A stretch of 64,000 nt of DNA from assembly GCA_963713045.1 (NCBI GenBank), contig CAVQKE010000003.1, forward strand, positions 1,366,412 through 1,430,411, written 5' to 3'. Under the pieces are notes generated by a model, which did no database searches, had not been told where the DNA came from, and saw only the letters and a list, made by a program, of their open reading frames with translations. How positions within the stretch are numbered: position 1 is the stretch's first letter; each line of letters begins with the position of its first letter. The translations under genes and the position numbers were made by a program. This DNA comes from an uncultured delta proteobacterium (GTDB lineage: Bacteria > Myxococcota > Myxococcia > Myxococcales > Myxococcaceae). Positions 8,135 through 17,380 of the stretch are shown in pieces.

Positions 8135-9613
8135 ATGCGACGTGGGGTGGAGGCGACACGGCAGCAAGCGACCGCCACGGCGGGTGGGATTCCGCTTGCA
8201 CGCGAGGCGGCTCCGCCACCGGAGGAGGACTTCGACTGGGCCTTCATCGGCCTGTGGACGCTCTTCGTCGCGCACTCCATGAGGCGTCACGTGGTGGCAC
8301 TGCTCGCCATCTGGTTTGGGGTGGTGGGCCTGGTCATGGCACTGGTCGCCATTCTTCCGAAGACCTACGAAGTTCAGACGGTGCTTCAGGCGCAGCCAGC
8401 GGCGATGATTTCCGCGTTGGGCCCGGGCGCCACTCCCGCCGACGTCGATGCTCCGGCCAAACAGGCCGCGCAGACGGTACTCAAGCACGACAATTTGGTG
8501 GCGCTGGTCCGCGAAACAGACCTCCTTCACAACTGGCCCAAGAACCGCTCGCCCCTGATGCGCCTCAAGGATGCAATTTGGGCGCGCGTCTTTCCGCCAC
8601 CAACCCAGGAGACACAGATTGAGGGTTTCGTCGGGCTACTTGAGCAACGACTTTGGGTCACCGCCGGCGAAGGTACAGTCACCATCGGCATCCGGTTTCC
8701 CGACCCCCAGCTCGCCTACCGCCTGGTGGACGCGGCGCAGCGGAACTTCCTGGAGGCTCGGCACGCAGCGGAAATCTCCAGCATCTCCGACGTCATCTTC
8801 ATTCTTCAGAGCCGCGCCGCTCAGGCACGGCAATCGCTTGACGACGCCCAACGCGAGCTGCAGCAGCTGAGGGACGAACGAGCTGCCAGGCTTGGAAAGC
8901 AAAGACGCGCCAACCGGCCACCCCCTCCGGCCCCAACCATCGACCCCGAGACGGCACAACTGCTGGTGAAGATTGCGGGGAAGCGACGAGCCTTGGAGGA
9001 CCTCGAAAACTTTCGCCGAAGGTCGGTCGATGAGGCAGAAGCACGGCTGGCGGAGCTGCGGGCGCTGTATGCAGCGACCCATCCGTTGGTCAGCGAGGCC
9101 GAGCAGAGCCTCGCCGCCCTCCGCCAGGAATCTCCGCAGGTAGCGACGCTTGGCCAGGAACTGGCCGCCCTTGAAGATGAGCTGAAGCAGCGCGGCTTCC
9201 AACCGGATGCTCAAGTCTCGCAAAGCTTTCCGGTGGAGACGCCATTCTGGGCTCAGCCGGGAGACCCGCGGGAAGACGAAGACCCCGACATCGAACGTGC
9301 CAAGGAGCAGGTGCGCCACGAAGTCGGCCGCTACAACGGCATGCTCGACCGACTGCAGGGCGCGCAGCTGGAGCAGGACACGGCCCAGGCAGCATTCAAA
9401 TACCGGTATGTCGTCATCTGGCCGGCCCAGCGACCTCGCGGGTCGGTCCAGCCCAATCCTGGACTGGTTTTCCTCGCCAGCCTGGTTGCTGGCCTCTTGC
9501 TCGCCATCATCGGCACCACCCTGCTCGACGTGTCCTCAAAGAAGATTTTCGAGCCCTGGCAGGTCGAGCGGGCCGTGGGCGTACGGCTTCTCGACCAGGT
9601 GCGCCTCCCTTGA
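8135..9613 (+). CDS. Polysaccharide co-polymerase (PCP/GumC/Wzc periplasmic-type, no kinase domain), paralog 1
   Basis: AGGAG RBS. N-terminal TM plus PKTYEV, long coiled-coil, AAFKYRYVVIWPAQRPRGSVQPN plus C-terminal TM, QVERAVGVRLL. Confidence 0.85.
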   Translation: MRRGVEATRQQATATAGGIPLAREAAPPPEEDFDWAFIGLWTLFVAHSMRRHVVALLAIWFGVVGLVMALVAILPKTYEVQTVLQAQPAAMISALGPGATPADVDAPAKQAAQTVLKHDNLVALVRETDLLHNWPKNRSPLMRLKDAIWARVFPPPTQETQIEGFVGLLEQRLWVTAGEGTVTIGIRFPDPQLAYRLVDAAQRNFLEARHAAEISSISDVIFILQSRAAQARQSLDDAQRELQQLRDERAARLGKQRRANRPPPPAPTIDPETAQLLVKIAGKRRALEDLENFRRRSVDEAEARLAELRALYAATHPLVSEAEQSLAALRQESPQVATLGQELAALEDELKQRGFQPDAQVSQSFPVETPFWAQPGDPREDEDPDIERAKEQVRHEVGRYNGMLDRLQGAQLEQDTAQAAFKYRYVVIWPAQRPRGSVQPNPGLVFLASLVAGLLLAIIGTTLLDVSSKKIFEPWQVERAVGVRLLDQVRLP

Positions 9614-10074
9614 CGAACTCCGAGAGCCAACGACCGGAGGCAAGTCCACAAGCCAGCGGCGAGCTCGGCCCGCTGTGGTACTTCCTCGCGCGCCGAGAGT
9701 GGACGACGCTGGCGGTGGTCTCCGCCGACGACGACGGCGCAGCCCTCCGACTCGCCGGGGCGCTGGTCGAGCTGGCCGGGGCACACCACGCCGTGCTCGA
9801 GGTGCACGACAGTTTCGAGCTGCGGCAGAAGCTTCGTGCCGCCACCCGGTTGGAAACCAGAGAAGGTGGAGTCGCCGCCGTCGGGAGACCGTGGCGGTTT
9901 CTGGTCCCGATGAAGGCGGTGCTGGAGGACCCGCACGCCGAGGACCTCCTCGGGGCCTGCGACGTCGTCATCCTCTTGCTGGAAAAGGGCAAAAGCCGGA
10001 TTCCCGACGCGCTCGGCGCGGTCGGTCTCGTCGGTCCCGAGCGGCTCCTCGGGGCCGTGCTCGCCTCAGCCTAA
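9610..10074 (+). CDS. BY-kinase-like pseudokinase (EcpK/WzeX-like)
   Basis: 154 aa, overlaps the PCP stop. LWYFLARREWTTLAVVS (Walker A absent), ACDVVILLLEKGKS, ERLLGAVL resemble CpsD/CapB core elements. Confidence 0.65.
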   Translation: MTNSESQRPEASPQASGELGPLWYFLARREWTTLAVVSADDDGAALRLAGALVELAGAHHAVLEVHDSFELRQKLRAATRLETREGGVAAVGRPWRFLVPMKAVLEDPHAEDLLGACDVVILLLEKGKSRIPDALGAVGLVGPERLLGAVLASA

Positions 10075-10087
10075 GGCAGGACGGCAA

Positions 10088-11911
10088 ATGCGCGTCGTGC
10101 GACGATTCCTTCTTGTTCTGTCGTTGGGTGCTGCGGCTTTCCTCGCCGCGCTCCTTCTCATCCCAGCCAGCCACCATTGGCCATCCAAGGCCGCCGCCCG
10201 TCTTCTCGGCGTGGGGAGGCTGGTCGAGCGGCGCTGGGGACGCGACGAAGGGCGGTTTTTCTCCGTTCTGGCGACATCGCAGGCCGGCTACGGGCCTGCC
10301 ATGCGCAAGCAATTCACCTCGCCCCTACCATTCCAAGCGTTTCTGGTGAGGGACGAAAGCAACGGGACGGTGGCCTTCCAGGGGGGTGGCCCCCTTCGGA
10401 CGGTGGCCACGGACTTGCTCGGGGACATCCACGCCGTGTGGATAGGAGACTTCTCTCCTCTCGCCAAGACGGGGCGCTACCGCGTCGTCGCGTACAACGG
10501 GCTTTCCAGCTACCCCTTTTCAGTCGGCACCGCTGTCTTCGACGGGCCCTTGCGGGCGGTCCAGCGATGGTTCTACTACCAGCGGGCCTTCTCGCCGGTG
10601 GCCGCCCCCTTTGCAGAGGGCCCGTGGACACACCCCAGTGACGCTGACAAAGCGCCCCCTGGCGTGCATGGCGGCTGGCACGACGCAGGAGACTTCTCCG
10701 TGTACAGCGCGTCGATGAACGAGGCCATCTTCTGGTTGCTGACAACCTACAGCGACTTCTCGCCCGGTGACGACGACACCAACATTCCGGAGTCCGGAAA
10801 CGGCATCCCTGACCTACTGGACGAGGCACGTTGGGGATTGGCCTGGTTACTTTCCGTACAAGACGGGGCGTCAGGGGGCTTCCGCAACTCCACCTGTCAG
10901 GAGTCGTACGGCCCCTATGGAACCAATACCCCCAACAGCGTCCCCGTTTACAAGAGTGGTGAGGTTGGCACCTTGGCCACCGCGCGCGCGGTGGGCAACC
11001 TGGCCTACGCCTCAACCATCTACCAGGCCTTCGACCTGCCTTTTTCCAATGCCTGCCTGACCGCCGCACGCCGCGGCATGCGCTACCTGGAGGAGCATCG
11101 GGGCGAGAACAGCGACGGGTTGACGTGCCCGGCCCTCAGGCGCGACGGCGATGCCGAGGTCGGCAGACAGGCCCGCATGTTCGCGGCGGCAGGGATGCTC
11201 CTCGCCACCGGAGAACCCGGCTTCGCACGCATGTTTGAAGAAAACTTTGCCCCGCCCAGCTACGACCCGGGCTTCCTGCAGCTGAGTGGCCAGGCGTCCC
11301 TCCTCTACCTGCGTGCTCCAAAGGGAGAGGCGGACCGAAAGCAGTCGCTTCACGAGCAGCTCCGGGCGAACGCCAACCGCGCGCTTGCCGAAGCGAATGC
11401 CCATCCCTTTGGATGGGCCACCCGCTACCACTGGGGTTCCCTGGGAGCCGGCCTCCTCCGAAGTGGACTCAGCAGCGCGAGGCTGTGCCTGGATGACCCG
11501 GATGGCGCCACCGCCGATTGCGAACAGGCCCTCGCGTCCGTGCATTACCTGCTTGGTCGTAACGGGATGCAGTTCTGCTACATCAGCGGGCTGTCTGGGG
11601 TCACCCGCGGGATGAGTAACGGCTTTCACCAATGGCTGGCGGCTCTCCGCGCCCAGCCGCGCGATTTCCCGGGCATGGTCGCGGGGGGACCGTGCGAGAA
11701 CCCTGAGCCGGCGGATCGCTCGGTGCCCTTTGCCGTGCCGCTGCCGGTGTGGGGCTATTTCGGCGACCCAGCGTTTCCGCGCAACTCACGCACGCCCGTC
11801 GAGGGCCGTTACACGGACAACGACAGCTGGTCCACCAATGAACCCTCCGTCGTGTGGGAGGCTGAATCCCTCTACCACCTCCACCTCGCGCGCTGGCTCG
11901 CTGCCCGTTGA
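10088..11911 (+). CDS. Glycoside hydrolase family 9 protein with N-terminal membrane anchor and Ig-like region
   Basis: GGWHDAGD, PESGNGIPDLLDEARWGL, HYLLGRN, YTDNDSWSTNEPSV. Confidence 0.9.
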   Translation: MRVVRRFLLVLSLGAAAFLAALLLIPASHHWPSKAAARLLGVGRLVERRWGRDEGRFFSVLATSQAGYGPAMRKQFTSPLPFQAFLVRDESNGTVAFQGGGPLRTVATDLLGDIHAVWIGDFSPLAKTGRYRVVAYNGLSSYPFSVGTAVFDGPLRAVQRWFYYQRAFSPVAAPFAEGPWTHPSDADKAPPGVHGGWHDAGDFSVYSASMNEAIFWLLTTYSDFSPGDDDTNIPESGNGIPDLLDEARWGLAWLLSVQDGASGGFRNSTCQESYGPYGTNTPNSVPVYKSGEVGTLATARAVGNLAYASTIYQAFDLPFSNACLTAARRGMRYLEEHRGENSDGLTCPALRRDGDAEVGRQARMFAAAGMLLATGEPGFARMFEENFAPPSYDPGFLQLSGQASLLYLRAPKGEADRKQSLHEQLRANANRALAEANAHPFGWATRYHWGSLGAGLLRSGLSSARLCLDDPDGATADCEQALASVHYLLGRNGMQFCYISGLSGVTRGMSNGFHQWLAALRAQPRDFPGMVAGGPCENPEPADRSVPFAVPLPVWGYFGDPAFPRNSRTPVEGRYTDNDSWSTNEPSVVWEAESLYHLHLARWLAAR

Positions 11912-12110
11912 GGCGGCTTCGCCCAAGGGTGCTGGGCGAGACCTTCCCTTCATCGCCGAGCCTTAGTGCACCCATCAGCTCCGCCCGGGAGCGCGCCACA
12001 ACGGACAGCCGAGCACGCAACGGGGGGAGTGACTCCACGTCCATTCCGTAGTTTGGTTTCCGCGAGATGAAGGCCCGACAGCCGCAGCCGATGAGCAGCC
12101 ACGCGGCACC

Positions 12111-14045
12111 ATGTGCGGAATAGCCGGCATTCTAGGACGCGTCGACGAGCGGAACCGGGCGGCGCTCGCCCGGATGAGCGCAGCCCTCGTCCATCGCGGC
12201 CCCGATGACCAGGGAAGCTGGGAATCCGCAGTTGACGAACGCGGCAACGGTGCCCTGCTCGCCTTTCGCCGGCTGGCCATTCTCGACCTCTCTCCTGCCG
12301 GGGCAGAGCCGATGGTGGACGAAGTCACTGGGCAGGTGCTCGTCTTCAACGGAGAAATCTACAACTTCAAGGATTTGCGCGAGCGCCTCCTCGGGCGTGG
12401 GCACAGCTTCCGTTCCACCGGCGACGCGGCGGTGCTGCTGCGTGCCCTCAGTACCGAAGGCCCCGCGGCACTGGCCTCCCTGCGAGGCATGTTTGCCTTG
12501 GCGCTGTGGGACCCCAGGCGGCGAACGCTCCTTCTCGCTCGCGACGCATTGGGCATTAAACCGCTCTACTTCGCCCGAGCCAGCGACCCAGCGGCCGGGT
12601 GGACACTGGCCTTCGCCTCCGAGGTGCGCGCGCTGCTTGCATCGGGCCTTTTGGGCACGCCGCGGCTCGACCCCTCGGCGTCGGCCTCGCTGGTATGGAA
12701 CGGCTTCGTTGTCGGCCCTCGCACCGCGGTCCTGGGGGTAGAATCCCTACTTCCCGGGCAGCTCCGCATCGAGCGGAACAGCGGCACTGAGCGCGTGGAA
12801 AGCTTCTGGCAACTGCCAGCTCCGGGCGCGCAGGGCAGCCCAGTCGACGAAGCGCAGCTCGCCGCAGTGTTGGAGGAGTCTGTCCGGCTCCACCTGGTGA
12901 GCGACGTGCCGCTGGGCGTCTTTCTCTCCGGCGGCATCGACTCGTCCGCGGTGGCCAACCTCGCCCAGAAGGCGAACCAGGGCCCGGTCCACACCTTCAC
13001 TCTCAGCTTTGAAGAGGAGGAGTACAACGAAGGGCATGTTGCGCGGGCCGTGGCCGAGGCCATCGGAACCGAGCACCAGGAGGTAAAACTCACCGAGGGC
13101 CATTTCGTCGAGCAGCTCGACCGGGCGCTGGACAGCCTCGACCAGCCTACCTTCGACGGTCTGAACTCCTTTTACATGTCCCTCGCCGTACGGGAGGCCG
13201 GCTTCACGGTGGCCTTGGTGGGAACGGGGGGCGACGAACTTTTTGGTGGCTACGCCAGCTTTCGCGACTTGCCGACGCTTCATCGCGCGTCTCACTTTTT
13301 CGGGTGGTTGCCGCGGGTGCCGCTGGCCGATGTCGTTCAGCGAATCTTGGCCGCAGGGCACCGGGCGGCGCTTCCTCGCCAGGCGCGTTGGGCCAAATTG
13401 CCCGACATGTTGCGTCGGATGGACGACCTGGTGGCCCTCTACCAGCTTGCGTACGCACTGTTTCTCCCGGACTTCCAGACCGAACTGCTCGGGGCCTCTT
13501 CGGCGGAGGCACTGGCCGACGGGCTACCGGGCGACGTCCGCCAGCGCCTGGTCGAGGAAGTGCGAGGACGTTCGGACCTTCAAACCATCAGCTTGCTCGA
13601 GCAGCGACTTTTTCTCGGCGAGCGTCTGCTGCGGGACAACGACGCCGCGAGCATGGCCGCCTCCATCGAGCAGCGCCTCCCGCTTGTCGACCAGACCCTC
13701 TTGGAAACCGTGCTTCGGTTTCCTGACGCGGCCAGGTACCAACCTGTCCTGCGCAAAGCGGCGCTCCGCCGCATCGGCCTCCGAGGCCTCGACCCTGCCC
13801 TCTTCGAGCGGCCGAAGCGGGGCTTCGTCCTCCCTTTTGAGCGGTGGATTCGCCAGGGTCTTAACAACACAGTCGACCAAACCCTCCAAGATGCGGACGC
13901 CGTCCGCGCCGCTGGCCTTGCGCCAGAACCGGTCCGCCGACTGTGGAAGGCTTTTCAGGAAGGTGCGCCCGGACTGCCCTGGTCCCGAGTCTGGGCGATT
14001 TACGTCCTCGTCCGCTGGTGTCTGCGTCACAAAGTCCAGCGTTAG
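12111..14045 (+). CDS. asnB: Asparagine synthase (glutamine-hydrolysing)-like amidotransferase
   Basis: MCGIAG, HRGPD, FNGEIYN, RDALGIKPLY, FLSGGIDSS, GTGGDELFGGY. Confidence 0.92.
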   Translation: MCGIAGILGRVDERNRAALARMSAALVHRGPDDQGSWESAVDERGNGALLAFRRLAILDLSPAGAEPMVDEVTGQVLVFNGEIYNFKDLRERLLGRGHSFRSTGDAAVLLRALSTEGPAALASLRGMFALALWDPRRRTLLLARDALGIKPLYFARASDPAAGWTLAFASEVRALLASGLLGTPRLDPSASASLVWNGFVVGPRTAVLGVESLLPGQLRIERNSGTERVESFWQLPAPGAQGSPVDEAQLAAVLEESVRLHLVSDVPLGVFLSGGIDSSAVANLAQKANQGPVHTFTLSFEEEEYNEGHVARAVAEAIGTEHQEVKLTEGHFVEQLDRALDSLDQPTFDGLNSFYMSLAVREAGFTVALVGTGGDELFGGYASFRDLPTLHRASHFFGWLPRVPLADVVQRILAAGHRAALPRQARWAKLPDMLRRMDDLVALYQLAYALFLPDFQTELLGASSAEALADGLPGDVRQRLVEEVRGRSDLQTISLLEQRLFLGERLLRDNDAASMAASIEQRLPLVDQTLLETVLRFPDAARYQPVLRKAALRRIGLRGLDPALFERPKRGFVLPFERWIRQGLNNTVDQTLQDADAVRAAGLAPEPVRRLWKAFQEGAPGLPWSRVWAIYVLVRWCLRHKVQR

Positions 14046-14054
14046 CGACCGGTG

Positions 14055-15376
14055 CTAGGAGGCCGGCGCCTCCGCCAGCGGCATGCCAAAATCCGGCTTG
14101 TCGCGCTGCCCAAGCACCCAGCGGTAAACCTCCCGGACCTGGCGCGCTTTCACTTCCCAAGTGAAGAGGCCGAAGACGCGGGCCCGCGCCCGCTCGCCCA
14201 TGGTGGCCACCCTTTCCTGGGAGTCCGCCAGGTCCTCCAGGATGGTCCGAAAGGCCATGACGATGGATTCCCGGGAGCCGAGCGGCACCCGGAAGCCGGT
14301 ATCGTCACTGACCAGTTCCCCGGGACCGCCGTTGTTGACGACGATGGGGACCAAGCGCAAAGCCATCGCCTCAAGCACAACCCCTCCGCCGAACTCGCGG
14401 ATGCTGGGGAAGGCGAAGACTTGGGCCCCGACCAGCCGTTTCAGCACCTCTCGCTGGTCAAGCCATCCAGTCAGGCTGATGCCCTGGGAGATGTCGCTCC
14501 GAGTCGATGAGGCGACGCACCGCGGGCATCTCCGGCCCGTCGCCGATGATGTCCAGCACCACCTTCCCTGAACGGACCAGCGGTGCTGCGGCCTCGAGCA
14601 ACATGTCCACGCCCTTGTACGGGACGAGGCGTCCCACGAATGCAACCCGAAGTGGCCCAGCGGCTGTCTTGTTTGGAGAGGGCGGAAAGCGAGCGGAGTC
14701 AATGGCGTTCTCCGGCACATAGACGCAGCGCCCGCGGTGAGGCTTGAAGTCCTCCCAAACGCACGTCGAGCCGGTGATGAGCGCCGCCGCTGCTGTCCGT
14801 GTCGTTCGGTAGCCGGGCATCAGCTTGCGCCCAGCCCGAAGGTAGGAGAGCCACTCGCCCTCACGCCGGAGGACGCTTCCGAATCCCTTCGGCCAAGGAA
14901 CGCCCCCGTTGATTGGCCCCCAGACGAACGGGACAGGAATCCGCCGCAGCCGTCCGGCGATGAGTGCTTGGAGTTGGCGGGCTCACCGGGTTGATTCGAT
15001 GGACGAGGTCAAACACCCCGTTTTGAAGGTCCGTGCGAAATCGCCGCCAGACCAGCTCCTCGAAGTAGTAGTAGGTCAGAGCGGAGAAGGCGGTGGTCCA
15101 GGTCCAGCCGAAGCGTGTCACCTTGCGCACCGCTTCGCCGAAACGGGTGACTGGCTTCTCGACGGTGCCTGGGTCAATGGGCGTGAAGTCGCGTCCCTCC
15201 ACCCATCCGGCCCGTTGAAGCGCGTCGCGATTTCGAATGTGCGTGACGAGGTGGACGTCGGCATGCTGCCGGAGTGCGTGGGTCAGGCTCCAGCCCTCCA
15301 GCGACACGCTCGACGACTCTGGATTGGCCGACTCCCCGAGGACGAGGACCCTGGGCCTCAGCCCAGCTGGCTTCAC
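14055..15376 (-). CDS. GT4 glycosyltransferase (interrupted by several frameshifts)
   Basis: Pieces in ORFs 14861-15376, 14458-14820 and 14055-14720: VLVLGESANPE, FVGRLVPYKGVDML, FPSIREFGGGVVLEAMA. Confidence 0.8.
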
Positions 15377-17229
15377 TGCCCCGGCCCGTGAATTGCGTCG
15401 AAGCGCACCTTCGCGGGCAGGACTCCCACGCGTTCCGAATCGGTGGCCGCCGTCGGGTCAACCCAGGGCCAGGGATTCGAACCGAAGAACGCTGGCTTCT
15501 GAGGCAGGTAAAGCGACGGGAGAAGGGTTTGGTTGCTGTTGGTCGGGTCCCAAGTCACGGTGTTGGTGAAGTAGTCGTAGTTTCCGTGCCGGTAGGTGCG
15601 GGCGATGACCAACGGGTCCGCAGTGGCCGTCCAAGTCAGCCCGTCGTAGCCCATCTTCCACATCGGCACGGCGGAGGGGTCGTTGGCGTTGTTGGGGTCT
15701 GATTCGTAGAGAAAGTGGGTCTGGTCATACACCTGGCCTTCGAAGTCGGTTCCGGAAAGAAGCGGCATCCCGGGGAAGCCGAGCACGTTCCCTGCGAAGC
15801 TGAACCACCAGGCGGCCGTCTGCAGTCCCACCACGACGCGGGCGTGTGCGTCGAGGAGCACCAGCGGAGCTGCCGAGCGCCTCAGCCCTATCCAATGGTT
15901 GCGGTACACCGTGCCGTAGGTGGAGTTGCCCCACAGCGACTCAGTATCGAAGTTGAAACCCCCGTTGCCTTCGAAGAGCTCCATGTGGGCGCCTGCATAG
16001 TGGTTGGGACCAGAGCCGATTTCGACCAAGTCCCGGTAGCCCGCCCCGTAGCCGTCCTGAAAGTAGTTGTACCCGAAGACATTGCCACCACCGGAGGCAC
16101 GGGCAATGGTCATCTTGTTGAAGTTCCAGACAACGTTGTTTTCGTACAGATTGTCCGAGGCGTAGGAATTGACGCCGATGCCATACCCGCCGCCGCCCGG
16201 ATTGGGGTCGCGGGTGCTGTGGAAGTATGAGTCGCGGACTTCACAGCGGAAGCTACCGTCGAGGTTGCAGCTGTGTCCGATGCTGAGCGAGCTCTCCACG
16301 TTTTTCACCCAAGAATACATGGTGGCAAAGAGGTGGATGTTCCCGCCCCCATCCCCTCCGTCGCCGTTGACTACCGCCAGGTCCTCAATCCCTGAATACT
16401 TGACGGCCGTCACCGGAGGTCCCCCGGTCGCTGCCGCGGGGGCGACGATGTGCGCCTGCAGCGCAACTTCGAAGAGGATGTGAATCGGCGTTGTGAAGGT
16501 CAGCTGGTTGCCGTTGATGGAAGCAATCTCCAGCGCCTGTCCAATCGGTCGGTTGTATTCGCAAAACCATCCCCGCTGAACGCCGCCCAGCGGTGCCTGG
16601 TTTCCCCAATAGACGTTTCGAACGGGAGGCGTGGTGTCGGAGCGCGTGTCGTCGGACACCTGGTTTAGGTAGACCAGCTCCCCCACCTTAAACCCGGCGG
16701 TGCTGGCCACGCTGACGGCGTAACTGTCCTTGGCCGCATCGGCGGTGAGATTGACGGGCTGGGAATATTTGTACCAGCGCAGTCCAATGATGATGACCGG
16801 ATAGAGTGTCCCGTTCTTGAAGAGGATGGTCTGCGACGGCCCGCTCCCTCGGAGCACCACATTGGAGTGGGTGATGGACAACCCGTCTCCTGACAGATTG
16901 AACGTGCCCGGGTTGAGCAGCACCACCTGATTGGCCGGACAGGCATCCAGCGCGGCCTGAATGGCAGCCGTGTCGTCGCCTCCACTGGGTGACAACGTCT
17001 TGAAGATGGTCGTCCGGTTGGGAATCCCACCCACCGCGTTGAGGCCTGGATTCCAGACCGTCAGCCTCTCGGAAGGCAGAAGTCCGGTGGTGATGGTGGG
17101 CGGCGGGATGGGCGCTGGAGTGCCGCCACCAGCATTGGCTGCATCCCCAATTCTGGCGGTGCAGCCGGCGGTTAGAAGAAGCGTGAAAACCGCACCGGCT
17201 TTGAAGACCCCTCGCATCCAACTCTTCAT
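15373..17229 (-). CDS. Lipoprotein with predicted right-handed beta-helix (pectin-lyase-like) fold, paralog A
   Basis: Signal peptide with lipobox LTAGC, GGDDTAAIQAALDAC (Pectate_lyase_3-like start), NVVLRGSG, Asn/Gly-rich strands. Start set at ATG 17229. Confidence 0.75.
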   Translation of the reverse strand: MKSWMRGVFKAGAVFTLLLTAGCTARIGDAANAGGGTPAPIPPPTITTGLLPSERLTVWNPGLNAVGGIPNRTTIFKTLSPSGGDDTAAIQAALDACPANQVVLLNPGTFNLSGDGLSITHSNVVLRGSGPSQTILFKNGTLYPVIIIGLRWYKYSQPVNLTADAAKDSYAVSVASTAGFKVGELVYLNQVSDDTRSDTTPPVRNVYWGNQAPLGGVQRGWFCEYNRPIGQALEIASINGNQLTFTTPIHILFEVALQAHIVAPAAATGGPPVTAVKYSGIEDLAVVNGDGGDGGGNIHLFATMYSWVKNVESSLSIGHSCNLDGSFRCEVRDSYFHSTRDPNPGGGGYGIGVNSYASDNLYENNVVWNFNKMTIARASGGGNVFGYNYFQDGYGAGYRDLVEIGSGPNHYAGAHMELFEGNGGFNFDTESLWGNSTYGTVYRNHWIGLRRSAAPLVLLDAHARVVVGLQTAAWWFSFAGNVLGFPGMPLLSGTDFEGQVYDQTHFLYESDPNNANDPSAVPMWKMGYDGLTWTATADPLVIARTYRHGNYDYFTNTVTWDPTNSNQTLLPSLYLPQKPAFFGSNPWPWVDPTAATDSERVGVLPAKVRFDAIHGPGQ

Positions 17230-17380
17230 AGGCACGCCGTCGTGAGACGGCGACGGGGTATCCCCAACTTCGCCCACGAATTCAAGCAGCCGTCGGTTGA
17301 ATTTTCCGGGGAGAACGTCCCTTTGCCGTGACACCATCGCCGCCGCGGACGTTCTGCTTGCTAAGCAACGCTTGGTCCGC

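Noticed and set aside
9207..10349. 380-aa alternative-frame ORF
   Set aside because: An Arg/Ser/Pro-rich shadow ORF over three well-supported genes, as expected in high-GC DNA.
12111..14045. AsnB as a lasso-peptide cyclase for the 50-aa peptide
   Set aside because: It keeps the N-terminal MCGIAG glutaminase domain. No B1/RRE or B2 peptidase gene is present, and the peptide lacks a YxxP leader motif and a Thr(-2)/Gly core start.
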